The notes under the pieces: generated by a model
The model's input: only the letters and a program-made list of their open reading frames with translations
What the model was told of the DNA's origin: nothing
Database searches by the model: none
Virus record (IMG/VR): IMGVR_UViG_3300001336_000002
Coordinates: 1-64,000 of that record
Length of the DNA: 64,000 bases
Strand: one strand, 5' to 3'
Source of the DNA: a virus
Part shown: in pieces, positions 28,647-39,367 of the stretch
Layout: every line of letters begins with the position of its first letter
How positions within the stretch are numbered: position 1 is the first letter of the stretch
Program-made: the position numbers and the translations under genes

Positions 28647-29588
28647 GTGTCAACAATAACTTTTCTTGGAAATTTTAGGGTAAGTTATACTAGCGAAACC
28701 CATCATGTTTCCAGTCTAAAGTCACTGAGGCATAAGGTAATAAAGTTGCAAGAGTCTGTTGCCACTAGTGAAGAAATATATAAGAGCGCTCGCTCATCAG
28801 ATATATTCGTTTGGGTGCATACACATGGATGGAATACGCCAGGGAAAATGACCATGGTAGAAGTATTGCAAAAACTTAAACAGGATGGCGTTATCACTCT
28901 AACATACCACCTTGACCTTTGGTTTGGATTGCAAAGACAAAAAGATTTAGACCAAGACCCAATATATAAAGAGATAGGCCACTTCTTTACTGTTGACAAA
29001 AAGATGTCAGATTGGTTTAATAAAAATACAAACGTAAAAGGACATTATCTACCAGCAGGAGTATTTGATCAAGAATGCTACTACAAGCCAAAGAGGGTTC
29101 GTAACGACGTTGTTTTCGTAGGCAGCAAAAAATATCATCCAGAATGGACATATCGGCCAAAACTTGTCAATTGGCTAGGGGACACTTATGGTAAAAACTT
29201 TAAGCATTATGGCGGGGATGGAATACAAGTAGTCCGTGGAAAAGAATTGAATAATCTTTATGCCACCACAAAGGTGGTTGTTGGAGATACTCTGTGCCCC
29301 AACTTTGACTATGAATACTATTGGTCAGACAGAGTATATGAAACAATGGGGAGGGGAGGCTTTATCATTCACCCCTATATCCCTGGACTTGAAGAAGAGT
29401 TTAACGACAGAGAACACCTTGTTTTTTATGAATATAAAAATCTCAAACAACTTAAAGAGTTAATAGATTATTATATTGTCAATGATACTGAGCGAGAAAA
29501 GATTCGTTTGGCAGGACACAATCTAGTAAAAGAAAAATACACCTATAAAAATAGGTGGGCACAGATAATGAAAGAAATAAATCAATGA
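28647..29588 (+). CDS. Glycosyltransferase (CgeB/YkvP-like GT-B)
   Basis: DVVFVGS, YWSDRVYETMGRGGF, YTYKNRW. Confidence 0.8.
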   Translation: MSTITFLGNFRVSYTSETHHVSSLKSLRHKVIKLQESVATSEEIYKSARSSDIFVWVHTHGWNTPGKMTMVEVLQKLKQDGVITLTYHLDLWFGLQRQKDLDQDPIYKEIGHFFTVDKKMSDWFNKNTNVKGHYLPAGVFDQECYYKPKRVRNDVVFVGSKKYHPEWTYRPKLVNWLGDTYGKNFKHYGGDGIQVVRGKELNNLYATTKVVVGDTLCPNFDYEYYWSDRVYETMGRGGFIIHPYIPGLEEEFNDREHLVFYEYKNLKQLKELIDYYIVNDTEREKIRLAGHNLVKEKYTYKNRWAQIMKEINQ

Positions 29589-30229
29589 TAGAAGAAGTTA
29601 AAGGAATAAAGTTTGATATAAGAAGAAACTATAAAACGGATAGAATCGTTATAGGGGAAATATTAGAGGAAAACGTCTATGAGGTTTCTTCAGGAAGATT
29701 CAATCTTGGCGGGGTTGTTGTTGATTTAGGAGCAAACATCGGTGCATTTTCTTTATACGCTGCCAAGCAAGGGGCTATTGTTTATTCGGTAGAACCAGAA
29801 CCAAACAACATAAAGGCATTAGAAAAAAATATTTCATTAAATAATTTTTCTGACAAAATATTTATTCTACCCTATGCAATTAGCAATAAAAAGGGTGTGG
29901 CAATAATCAATGACGACGGCGGTGGGTCAACTATTAAAGATGATAAAGCGGGTACAGAAGTAGAACTTATGCCATTAGACAATTTATTTTCTCTTTATCA
30001 TATTGATGAAGTTGATGTCATGAAAATAGATATAGAAGGAAGCGAAGTAGAAACAATTCTTGGGGCATCAAAAGAAACACTAGATAAATGTAAATATATA
30101 ACTATGGAATTTGATATAAGATCAGGAAAGATGCTGGGGGAAATGGTAAGAAAATTATCAGAGACTCATCATGTCAGGACTATGGGTAGTTGGGAGCGAG
30201 GCGGGATGATATGGGCATGGAGATATTAA
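29585..30229 (+). CDS. FkbM-family methyltransferase
   Basis: VVDLGANIG, VEPEP, MKIDIEGSE. Confidence 0.88.
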   Translation: MIEEVKGIKFDIRRNYKTDRIVIGEILEENVYEVSSGRFNLGGVVVDLGANIGAFSLYAAKQGAIVYSVEPEPNNIKALEKNISLNNFSDKIFILPYAISNKKGVAIINDDGGGSTIKDDKAGTEVELMPLDNLFSLYHIDEVDVMKIDIEGSEVETILGASKETLDKCKYITMEFDIRSGKMLGEMVRKLSETHHVRTMGSWERGGMIWAWRY

Positions 30230-31264
30230 ATGAAGATTGGTCTTATTGCTAGATGTGATGATACAGGATTGGGCAATCAGACTTTAGAGTTAGCAAAAAT
30301 AATCAATCCAGATCACATTTTGCTTATTGATTCGTCTCCATTTCATCCCCATAATGTGCAACATCCAGAATGGTATGAGCCATGGGACTATGAGAAAATA
30401 CAGGGAGTTCCAGAAAAACAAACAGTTTCACAGTTTATGAAAAGGGTTGATGTCATTATAACCTGTGAAACATTTTATAACAACAGGCTTGTTGATATGG
30501 CAAAGCAAAGAGGAAAGAAAACTATTCTTCAATACAACTTTGAATTCTTGGATTACTTACAAAATCCAAACATGACTTTGCCAGACATGCTAATTTCTCC
30601 TAGCCCTTGGAGAATTGATGAGGTAAAAGAAAAATTTGGAAAGCAAACCAATGTACAATTTTTACCACCACCTACCGACGCCTCGCTATTTGATCACAAT
30701 AGAATAAATAATCTTAAAGAAACAAAGAGGCTTTTGCACATTGGTGGCAAGGCAGCAATGCATGATCGCAACGGTACTCAAACAGTTGTAGAAATGCTCA
30801 AACATTCTAAAGAAGACTATGAATTAGTCATAAGAAGCCAAAGTGATTTAGATATAAAGTCCAGCGATGATAGGGTTCGGTTCGTAATAGGGAATGAAGC
30901 CAAAAGAGAAGATATGTATTCTGGCTATGATGCAATGATTCTTCCTAGAAGATATGCTGGTCTTTGCTTACCAATGAACGAGGCCCTTCTTAGTGGCCTC
31001 CCCGTTTTTATGACAGATGTTTCTCCAAATAATTATTTTTTGCCTGATAACTGGCTGGCAAAATCCAGGGTGGTCGGAGAGTTTATGACAAAAACAATGC
31101 TTGACATACATGAAGCAGATCCAGTATTATTAGCAGAGAAAGTTGACAACTACATAAGGCAGGACAAAAAAGAAGAAAAGGACAAAGCATATCAAATCGG
31201 ACACAGCAATTTTTCTTCTGAAGCACTAAGAGATAAATACTTAGAACTTATCAATGGCGTGTAG
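30230..31264 (+). CDS. Glycosyltransferase family 4 (GT-B)
   Basis: PRRYAGLCLPMNEALLSGLPVFMTD. Confidence 0.8.
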   Translation: MKIGLIARCDDTGLGNQTLELAKIINPDHILLIDSSPFHPHNVQHPEWYEPWDYEKIQGVPEKQTVSQFMKRVDVIITCETFYNNRLVDMAKQRGKKTILQYNFEFLDYLQNPNMTLPDMLISPSPWRIDEVKEKFGKQTNVQFLPPPTDASLFDHNRINNLKETKRLLHIGGKAAMHDRNGTQTVVEMLKHSKEDYELVIRSQSDLDIKSSDDRVRFVIGNEAKREDMYSGYDAMILPRRYAGLCLPMNEALLSGLPVFMTDVSPNNYFLPDNWLAKSRVVGEFMTKTMLDIHEADPVLLAEKVDNYIRQDKKEEKDKAYQIGHSNFSSEALRDKYLELINGV

Positions 31265-31285
31265 TTCAAAAAATAATAAAACAAA

Positions 31286-31359
31286 TCCCGCGTGATGTAA
31301 TGGCAACATGGCAAACTGTTAATTTGTTTATCTTGGTTCGACCCCAAGCGCGGGAGCCA
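31286..31359 (+). tRNA. tRNA-Asn (GTT), CCA encoded
   Basis: TCCCGCG/CGCGGGA; GCAAA-CTGTTAA-TTTGT; CTTGG-TTCGACC-CCAAG. Confidence 0.92.
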
Positions 31360-31376
31360 CATGATATACTGTTAAT

Positions 31377-31796
31377 ATGACTGTGAAAAAGTGTAGTAAG
31401 TGTGAAATAGAAAAGCCAATAAACGAGTTTAATAGTAAAGGTAGAAATAAGTTGCAGCCATATTGCCGCCCCTGCGACAACGAACATGCAAGACAATACT
31501 ATAAAAAAAATAGAGAGCGTGTAAAAAAACAAATAAATGATGCAAGAAAGATTAGGGTTGCAAATCTTTCCAATGAAATAAGAAAATTAAAAGAATCAGT
31601 TCCGTGTGCTGATTGTGGTAAAAAATATCCATACTATGTTATGGACTTTGATCATATAACTGGTAAAAAAATTGATAATATTTCTTCCATGATTAACTCT
31701 GGAGTTTCTAAAAAAATAAAAGAAGAAATAGAAAAGTGTGAAATAGTATGTGCAAATTGCCACAGAGAAAGAACCCATGGCTTACATAAGAAATAA
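31377..31796 (+). CDS. HNH endonuclease
   Basis: PCADCG..MDFDH..CEIVCANCHRERT. Confidence 0.8.
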   Translation: MTVKKCSKCEIEKPINEFNSKGRNKLQPYCRPCDNEHARQYYKKNRERVKKQINDARKIRVANLSNEIRKLKESVPCADCGKKYPYYVMDFDHITGKKIDNISSMINSGVSKKIKEEIEKCEIVCANCHRERTHGLHKK

Positions 31797-31826
31797 TATT
31801 ATAACTACTGCAGAAATGGTATTGTA

Positions 31827-32360
31827 ATGGACAACAGAAACGTAATTGATTTCTATAAGTACTGGGATCATGATGCTATTGTTGCTGATCTTGATTCCAA
31901 GAGAAATGATTTTGTTGTAGCAGTAGAAAGACTAAATGGAGATTTCAACTGGTCAACTGTGATTCGTAATAGCAATGCGTTTCTTGCTCGCAAGGTATAC
32001 CGCGCTGGAAAGCGCCAATACGATAAAAGGGGTGCAGTAGGAACCCACCATTATGAGCATGTCGGCTATGATGAAAGTATTATAAATCTAATTAATAAAT
32101 ATCGCAAGGAAGGATATAAAATTGTCGCCATTGACAATGTGGGTGAAGCGCAAGATATCAGATGTTATCGATGGGAACCAAAATCTTTCATGCTCTTTGG
32201 AGAAGAAGGAAGAGGTCTATCCCAGGAGGCCATTGAGTTGGCCGATGATATAGTTTATATTCCACAGTTTGGGTCTGTGAGGTCATTGAACCTGGGGACT
32301 GCTAGTGGAATAGCCATGTATGATTATGCCTGTAAAGTTTTGACACCCTGCCCCGCCTGA
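31827..32360 (+). CDS. SpoU/TrmH-family RNA methyltransferase
   Basis: FGEEGRGLS, IPQFGSVRSLNLGTASGIAMY. Confidence 0.88.
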   Translation: MDNRNVIDFYKYWDHDAIVADLDSKRNDFVVAVERLNGDFNWSTVIRNSNAFLARKVYRAGKRQYDKRGAVGTHHYEHVGYDESIINLINKYRKEGYKIVAIDNVGEAQDIRCYRWEPKSFMLFGEEGRGLSQEAIELADDIVYIPQFGSVRSLNLGTASGIAMYDYACKVLTPCPA

Positions 32361-32560
32361 TGTATAATTATTCATACGGAGGCCACCTTAGAGTTACGGG
32401 AAATAATGGCTAAAAAAAAAGAATCATATGCGCCAGAACCAAGTCCAGACAAAGTTTTGAAAGACAAGAGTGGCTGGTGTATGACACAGGATCATAAAGG
32501 ATGCAAGTATCAATTTACATTTGGAAAATGTCCTTGCGATTGTCATAAAAAGGAGAAGAA

Positions 32561-32875
32561 ATGAGTACAGAAAACAATTTGTTTTTAACTACAAGAGAAT
32601 TTTCAGACATTGTGGTGAATGCCATCATCGCAAACAACTACTACTCTGAGAGTGAAGCCGTTCATCCAGAAGATCTTGCTGAAATCTTTGCAACGACAGC
32701 AAGAACGATTGGGGTCTCTTTAAGCGATATTAGTAGAAGAAATCGCCCCCTTCCCAAGAAAGCAATGATGCAAACAACTAGCCTTAGGAAGAATATTGGC
32801 AAAGAATATTCCAATGACATGAATGAAGATGTTGAACTTGGATATAGTGAAGCGAAGTACAGCAGGGAAGTTTAA
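32561..32875 (+). CDS. Hypothetical protein
   Basis: aggag RBS. Confidence 0.55.
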   Translation: MSTENNLFLTTREFSDIVVNAIIANNYYSESEAVHPEDLAEIFATTARTIGVSLSDISRRNRPLPKKAMMQTTSLRKNIGKEYSNDMNEDVELGYSEAKYSREV

Positions 32876-33057
32876 TGCCAACATATACTTATGAGTGCGA
32901 CATTTGTGGGCAAATGGATGTTGTTCAATCAATTAGAGATGTGTCTATGTCTCAATGTCCTAAATGCATGAGTATTAATTTTAAAAAAGTTTTCGTTGCT
33001 GCCCCCGTACAGTTTAAGGGTAGTGGCTTTTACAGAACGGACAACTCAAAGCAATGA
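32875..33057 (+). CDS. FmdB-family zinc-ribbon protein
   Basis: MPTYTYECDIC..CPKC..FKGSGFYRTD. Confidence 0.88.
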   Translation: MPTYTYECDICGQMDVVQSIRDVSMSQCPKCMSINFKKVFVAAPVQFKGSGFYRTDNSKQ

Positions 33058-33174
33058 TTGGTCAAGAAGTTTTTTATAGAAAAAAGATTCTTGAAGAAGT
33101 AGAAGAATTAATTGAGTCTTGCCCAGAAACAAATGCATATGGGATTTATTTATTTATGAAGGAAAATATTAAAG

Positions 33175-34224
33175 ATGATTAGTTATAAAAATGAGGCGCT
33201 ATGTTTTGATGACGTTCTTTTAGTGCCCCAGCATAGCGATGTATCTTCTAGGCACTCAGTTAATACAAAGATGGTCATCGGATCAGGCAATCGTAAAATT
33301 GAATTAGGCCTGCCAGTGATCGCTGCCCCTATGGATACTGTTTGCGATGTAGAAATGTGTACATCTCTTTCTAACGCAGGCGGCATGGGAATCCTTCATA
33401 GATATATGTCTTATGATGATCAAGTTTTTAAAACAGAAATGCTTACAAAAAGCGATATTGTTTTTGGCGTAGCAATTGCATCTAACAATGGGTTTATTAC
33501 TCAGGCGCAAAGACTTCATGATGCTGGTGCCAGGGTGCTACTTGTAGACACGGCAAATGGTCACGGACAATATGCAATCGACGCAGTAAAAGAATTAAGG
33601 TTTAATTTTCCAGACGTACACATAATGGCTGGCAATGTTGCTACCATGGAAGGCTTTGCTGAACTTGCATCTGCAGGGGCAGACAGCATTCGTGTGGGAA
33701 TTGGCGGAGGTAGTGCGTGTACAACAAGACTGGTTAGCGGCCATGGAATTCCGACACTAGCATCTATTATCGAATGTGATAATTGGAGAGAGGAATATTC
33801 TGGAAACGGAATAAACAATTGTTCAATCATTGCTGATGGAGGAATTAGAAACAGCGGAGATATGGTTAAGGCATTTGCTGCTGGAGCAGATGCTGTTATG
33901 GTTGGCTCTATGTTTGCGGGAACTGATGAATCACCAGGGGAAATTCTCACGGACGGGCAGGGGAGGACTGTAAAGGCATTTAGGGGAATGGCCTCAGCAG
34001 AGGCACAAAAAGATGCTACAGGTAATGTGTCTGTGGCAGAGGGTGTTTCTACTACCGTTCCTTACAAGGGATCAATTAATCATATCCTTGACGACATTCG
34101 CGGGGGCCTAGGAAGTGGATGTTCCTATTCTGGAGTACATAATCTAAATCAACTTTCATCTTTTGCTAAATATGTCAAGGTTAGCCCACTTAGTATCAAT
34201 GAGTCAAAACCACATGCTCTATAA
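33175..34224 (+). CDS. guaB: IMP dehydrogenase / GMP reductase (no CBS domains)
   Basis: FDDVLLVP, APMDTV, GIGGGSACTT catalytic Cys, IADGG, FRGMAS. Confidence 0.85.
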   Translation: MISYKNEALCFDDVLLVPQHSDVSSRHSVNTKMVIGSGNRKIELGLPVIAAPMDTVCDVEMCTSLSNAGGMGILHRYMSYDDQVFKTEMLTKSDIVFGVAIASNNGFITQAQRLHDAGARVLLVDTANGHGQYAIDAVKELRFNFPDVHIMAGNVATMEGFAELASAGADSIRVGIGGGSACTTRLVSGHGIPTLASIIECDNWREEYSGNGINNCSIIADGGIRNSGDMVKAFAAGADAVMVGSMFAGTDESPGEILTDGQGRTVKAFRGMASAEAQKDATGNVSVAEGVSTTVPYKGSINHILDDIRGGLGSGCSYSGVHNLNQLSSFAKYVKVSPLSINESKPHAL

Positions 34225-34231
34225 TTAAATT

Positions 34232-35202
34232 ATGGAAGATATTGAAGACGGTATAGAAAAACATTATCGCCATTTAATAGCAGATGATATTGACAAATGT
34301 CTTCATAACACTACCTCTAAAGATCCAGACGAAATGAGGCAAGTATATTGGTTTAATCAGGGGATGATGTTTGCTAGCATGATCGCTAGATGGGGGCTTG
34401 GCGATGATCAAAGATAACTTTATAATTTTTAGGAACTATTCTATCAGGGGATACTGGGAATTATCTGGTGCTAGATACACCACCTATCTTTCCCATACAA
34501 TTATACTTGCTGACAATGGCAAAGACGCAGTTTACACTATGCTTAACATACATGGAATAAGAGAAGTAAAAGATATCTATGAGACTTTGGTAAAATATAG
34601 TCAAGACCCACAAGAAGATATGTTTATTGTGGAAATATAATTAAATAGGAGATACGATGAGCAGAGCAATTCATTGTGACGGACCTACCTGCGCTACCTG
34701 GATAAAAGAAGAAAATTCTTTTGATCGTTTGCCATTCATAGAAGTCTTTGAAAAAGAAGATGAGTTTTCTTTTTGTTCATGGGAGTGCGTTGGCAAGTTC
34801 ACCGCAGTAAAATTACAAATGAGTGAGATGCCATCAATATGAAAGATAAAATGAGGCTTCATGACAGACTCTGCCCGTATCCCTCGCATCCATATCCCTG
34901 GCAATGCTTTTATTGTGAATTAATTGTAAAAGCCAGGGAAGATGAAAAACTTAGAGCCAGAGCGATAAAGGAAAGAGTAAACCCCTATGGAGATCAGATT
35001 CATAAAGGCTAGATGCCCAGACCCTCAGAACGGTCCAGGGTATATGGTATGGACAAATGAATACACGGGCGAATTCCAATGCGTTGGTTTCACAAGTAAT
35101 AAAAATTTAATTGACATGAAGAAGTATTTTGCAGATGAAGGATATTGTATTTCTGTAATAGATGATCCAGACTTTCAGGCAGGTATGATTTTTAATGGAT
35201 AA
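34232..35202 (+). other. Run of small hypothetical ORFs (34232-34417, 34398-34640, 34657-34842, 34987-35202)
   Basis: Closely packed + strand ORFs. Confidence 0.45.
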
Positions 35203-35267
35203 AGAGTTTATAAAAAAGATATACGATGCGCTTGAAAACAATGCTACTGGAGTATATGATGGTAGTC

Positions 35268-35717
35268 ATGAAGAAGACTGCAATTATTTTCGATGTTGAT
35301 GGAACTCTCGCTGATGTTTCGTCTATTCGTCACTACCTAAAGCCTGACCTGCACCACGGTAAAGATTTTGACACATTCCATGCAGAGTCAGTAAATGTGC
35401 CTCCGCATTCCTATGTAGTGAATGCTGCCCAGGTAGCGCACATGCTTGGCCATGCGGTACTGGTAGTGACAGCACGCAAGCATATGTGGCGACACCATAC
35501 TGCGTGGTGGCTAGCAATGCATCGTGTACCCAGCGACATGCTCATGATGCGAGGGAACAAAGATCAGCGTAAAGACTATGAAGTAAAGAAAGACATGCTA
35601 CACACAATCTCACAGGCATACAATGTCATACATGCATGGGATGACAGTCCCCACATAATTAGATTGTGGAAAGAGAATGGCATTCCAACTACCGTCGTTC
35701 CTGGCTGGGAATTCTGA
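35268..35717 (+). CDS. HAD phosphatase (polynucleotide kinase/phosphatase C-terminal type)
   Basis: IFDVDGTLAD, VVTAR, WDD. Confidence 0.85.
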   Translation: MKKTAIIFDVDGTLADVSSIRHYLKPDLHHGKDFDTFHAESVNVPPHSYVVNAAQVAHMLGHAVLVVTARKHMWRHHTAWWLAMHRVPSDMLMMRGNKDQRKDYEVKKDMLHTISQAYNVIHAWDDSPHIIRLWKENGIPTTVVPGWEF

Positions 35718-35781
35718 TAAAATTTGCGGCAGCAAGAAAACCAATGGAAGAAGTAGAACTTTAAATAGTTAGGAAGGCAAC

Positions 35782-35973
35782 ATGCTTGATGCACGCGGTT
35801 TGCCAACTCCAGAGTGCCCAAACTGTGGTAGTTGGCTGCTAAAGGTTTGTGTAACCTTTGACGAAGAATATAACATTGCACAGTACTTGTTGGACGGGGA
35901 GTGTGCGGTGTGTGGCACCCTGATAACTGCCCCAACGCCAATTGATCATTCAGAATTTCAGGAGTTGTTATGA
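35782..35973 (+). CDS. Zinc-ribbon protein
   Basis: CPNCG..CAVCG. Confidence 0.7.
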   Translation: MLDARGLPTPECPNCGSWLLKVCVTFDEEYNIAQYLLDGECAVCGTLITAPTPIDHSEFQELL

Positions 35974-36022
35974 ACGACAGCATTGATGACTACTTTGAGC
36001 AGATGTTTGAAGGATTAACGAA

Positions 36023-36424
36023 ATGATGTGGGTTGATGAATTTTTTATCATTAAAAAGAACATAGTCCACAATATGAAAAAACCCAAGTACTGGCTTCAA
36101 AGGGCCAGACGAGGGTATAGTGACCAAGACGCCTGGAATGGCGACATGTATCTCGCTTCTCAAATTGCTGGCATCATTAAGTGGAAGATAGAAAAGGGAA
36201 TTGGTGTTTCCCCATGGTACGGAGGGGAAGAGGAAAGCATAGATACATTAGTCAAAAGACGAGACGCAGACTATGAAAAACACTTTGCTATTTTTCAAGA
36301 ATATGCAAATAAAGGACCCGCCTTTGATCAAGAATGGAAAGATGAATTTGGCGGGGTACTTGACGAAGAACTAAACGAGTCGCTACAATGGTTAGTAGAA
36401 CACTTTACCGAATTGTGGGATTAA
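36023..36424 (+). CDS. Hypothetical phage protein
   Basis: QRARRGYSD.D.W..D.YL...LWD pattern. Confidence 0.6.
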   Translation: MMWVDEFFIIKKNIVHNMKKPKYWLQRARRGYSDQDAWNGDMYLASQIAGIIKWKIEKGIGVSPWYGGEEESIDTLVKRRDADYEKHFAIFQEYANKGPAFDQEWKDEFGGVLDEELNESLQWLVEHFTELWD

Positions 36425-36425
36425 C

Positions 36426-36791
36426 ATGGCAAGAATTTTAGTAACTGGTTCTAGAAACTGGACTGATGAATATGCTGTCAAGCAGCAGTTAAAAAACATA
36501 TGGCTTTCTTTTAGAAATGCAGATGATGTTTTGGTGGTCGGAGACTGCCCAACTGGGGTAGATAAAATTGCTAGAGAGTGCTGGGAATTTCAAAAGTTGC
36601 CCGTAGAAGTTCACAAGGCAGACTGGAATAAGCATGGAAGGGCTGCTGGTCCAATTCGTAATCAGGAAATGGTTGACTCAGTAATAGATGTTGGTATAGC
36701 ATTTATTCTAGGAGAATCGCGGGGAACAAGAGATTGTCTACGCAGAGCAAAGAAAGCAGGAATACCAATGACAGTATTTGAGTTGCCATGA
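36426..36791 (+). CDS. YspA/SLOG (DUF2493-like) protein
   Basis: ILVTGSR, GDCPTGVD, ADW.KHGRAAGPIRNQEM, SRGT. Confidence 0.85.
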   Translation: MARILVTGSRNWTDEYAVKQQLKNIWLSFRNADDVLVVGDCPTGVDKIARECWEFQKLPVEVHKADWNKHGRAAGPIRNQEMVDSVIDVGIAFILGESRGTRDCLRRAKKAGIPMTVFELP

Positions 36792-37878
36792 GTTACTGTA
36801 GATTCCTAGAAGCAGATGCATATATCTATGATGATATAAGTTATGGAATAGTTTGCTGCATGTGCTGGATGATGCCCGATGCAAATAATTTTATTGCAGG
36901 ATATGACTATGATAAGATGCTTAATCATATTGCTGAACATAGGGCGTCGGGAGATTATATTCCTACCCGCGTAGATGAAGAATTAATTAAAGAAAGAGAT
37001 TGCGATCACTCATTTGTAGAACATGAGCGCTTAGGATCAACATGCTCTAAGTGTTGGAGGAGAGAAAGTATATGATTAAAAATATATCATGTGCTAATTT
37101 TCCCACATTTGGAGTATGTGGGGAATTTACCTCAATACTATCTGCAAGAATACTATCCTAAGCGTTAGTATTCTGGTGATAAGCAATCCCAGAAGGGAAA
37201 AGTAATGAACACACTATTTGAGGCAAGAAACGAAAAACTAACCAGTATTTGCTCCATGCATGAAAATCCTGCCAAGGCTATGAAGAATGCTGCAAAACAT
37301 TTACAATCGATAATCGAATCAGGTAGGATTATTCATCCAGTTGCTATTAACATTGAACTTGTTAATGATGTGCCCAATATTTGGAATGTTTCCTTGGTAA
37401 TCGGAGAGGTTGTTGACTAATGACCCACGACTCCTTTTGTCCACAGGCACAGATGTATCAAGACAATGCTGTTACTTGGTGGGGTAGTGAGTGTCAGGAA
37501 GATTTTGATTGTCGATGTGAATTAATCATGAAAGTCAGAGAAGATGAGAGCAATCAAAATACCGAATAGCAAGCCTTCAAAATATCGTGTGACTAACGTA
37601 ACTAATTCTGTAACTTTAGATAATAGACTGAGGAGAAAATAATGGACAAATTAATTTTTGAATATCATAATCGTCCACGTTACCCCCTGTTACAAGAAGA
37701 CTTTGGAATGACAGATGTGTACAATCTTTACTTCTACAAAGACGGGGCGGTGGAGCCAAAGAATCTTGGCTACATAGAAGAAAAACTTCTTGATACCGCC
37801 CTTTGGTTTTATATGTTAGAGAAAACCATTGACTTAGTAGTAGTCCGTGACGGTAAAATAGTAAAAACACTATCATAG
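36788..37878 (+). other. Small hypothetical ORFs (36788-37075, 37205-37420, 37642-37878)
   Basis: ORF track and RBS-like sequences. Confidence 0.45.
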
Positions 37879-37886
37879 GAGCAACA

Positions 37887-38375
37887 ATGCAGGTATTTTT
37901 GCCAGAGAAAGATTTTTATGCCGCCGCTGCGGTGCTGGACCAAAAAAGACTCGTGAAGCAACTATTAGAAGGACGCCAGATTATGACAATTCTAGTAGGA
38001 GAAAATAAAACTAAGGCTTGGACTAATCATCCTGCCGTTCGTATGTTTAAAGGCCATCACTCAGCACTCTATTCATATCTTTCATCCGTTCGTGACGAGA
38101 TGGAAGTTCGCGGGTACAAGTGGGAAAAAAACTGGGCAGAAATATCTAGAATGATGTCTAGCAATCCACAAAGTTTTTCCCTTCCGCGCTGGATGCAAGA
38201 TGAGTACACTCTCAATAGTGTTATCACAACTCATAGGGGCAGACTGTATGAAAAGGCTCCAGACTTATACCCACAGTATGAACCAGAATTTAATGTATAT
38301 AGACAATATGTATGTTGTGAGCGATGCACATACCATTGGCCAGTACACCGACTTATTTGGAACGAGGAACTATGA
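37887..38375 (+). CDS. Pyrimidine-dimer DNA glycosylase / endonuclease V family protein
   Basis: MQVFLP..LDQKRLVKQLLEGRQI..NHPAVRM..HRGRL..K.P..Y. Confidence 0.8.
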   Translation: MQVFLPEKDFYAAAAVLDQKRLVKQLLEGRQIMTILVGENKTKAWTNHPAVRMFKGHHSALYSYLSSVRDEMEVRGYKWEKNWAEISRMMSSNPQSFSLPRWMQDEYTLNSVITTHRGRLYEKAPDLYPQYEPEFNVYRQYVCCERCTYHWPVHRLIWNEEL

Positions 38376-39092
38376 ACACGGTAACTTACACATCTAACTC
38401 ACCCCATAATAATCCAATCGATTTGGATCATCAGAATATTCAATTAAATACATATAAGCCTACAAAAAAGGCGGGGTATGTAACGGATGAAGACTTCTTT
38501 GCAATCTTTAAGAACGCATACATATCTACCTTTGGTAGTAATCACAACAATCATCCAGAAGACATGTATGTAAACGCATCTGTCGTACTAGAGATCGTAT
38601 GCAATACTCTGAGTGGTCTGATAGACCTTGATCATAATAGAGAGGCTCATAATGTCAAAGAGATCTGAGGCTATTAAGCATTGTGCTTATGCACTCATGC
38701 GAGCATGGCATCCTAGCAAGACAGAAGACTGGTATGAATCAGAAGAAGGCAAGGACTGGATGGAGATTGCCATGCTAGATGCAGAGGTAGTCATTGATGC
38801 CTATGACAGGTACGAGGGTCGTTCATAATCGCGGGGGAAGTTAGTGAAAGACATCTCCATAACCTATATACCAAGACATATACCTAATAACAATATATCC
38901 TCCTATATATTCGATAAGAATACTATCTATCTTAGACAAGACTTCCTTGACTATGTAGAAGAAGAATTCTTACAGATAATATTGTCTGATGCTGTAGGTT
39001 CTTTGGTTCCTGATAGGGTGATAGATGTTGTTTTGGCCTATTCAGACCAAAGAGATATGGATAAAGATGTGACTGTGGTTTTTTCATACTAA
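38372..39092 (+). other. Last small + strand ORFs before the strand switch
   Basis: ORFs ending at 38668, 38828 and 39092. Confidence 0.45.
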
Positions 39093-39095
39093 TGT

Positions 39096-39291
39096 TTATA
39101 CACAGGTTATCCACAATAGGGTTATTGCATATATATATAAAGCCGACTTTTCCACATAAAATATAATAAATCCTACTAAAACATAGCAAAATAGGACAAA
39201 ATCGGACATTTTAGGACAATAATCCCCCGGAAATATAATAGTTATCCACAAGTTATCCACAGGATGGGTATATATAAAAAAGTTATCCACA
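39096..39291 (+). promoter_or_regulatory. Cluster of six co-oriented DnaA boxes in AT-rich intergenic DNA
   Basis: TTATCCACA at 39107, 39242, 39253, 39283; TTATACACA at 39096; TTTTCCACA at 39148. Confidence 0.8.
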
Positions 39292-39367
39292 AGGGAATAC
39301 CCAAGGGATATGTTAAAAACAAATAGTATGCTCTGTTAAATACTATAGATGTATATAGGTATATAGG

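Noticed and set aside
39096-39290. Minus-strand 64-aa ORF with repeated VDNLWIT
   Set aside because: It is just the translation of the DnaA boxes
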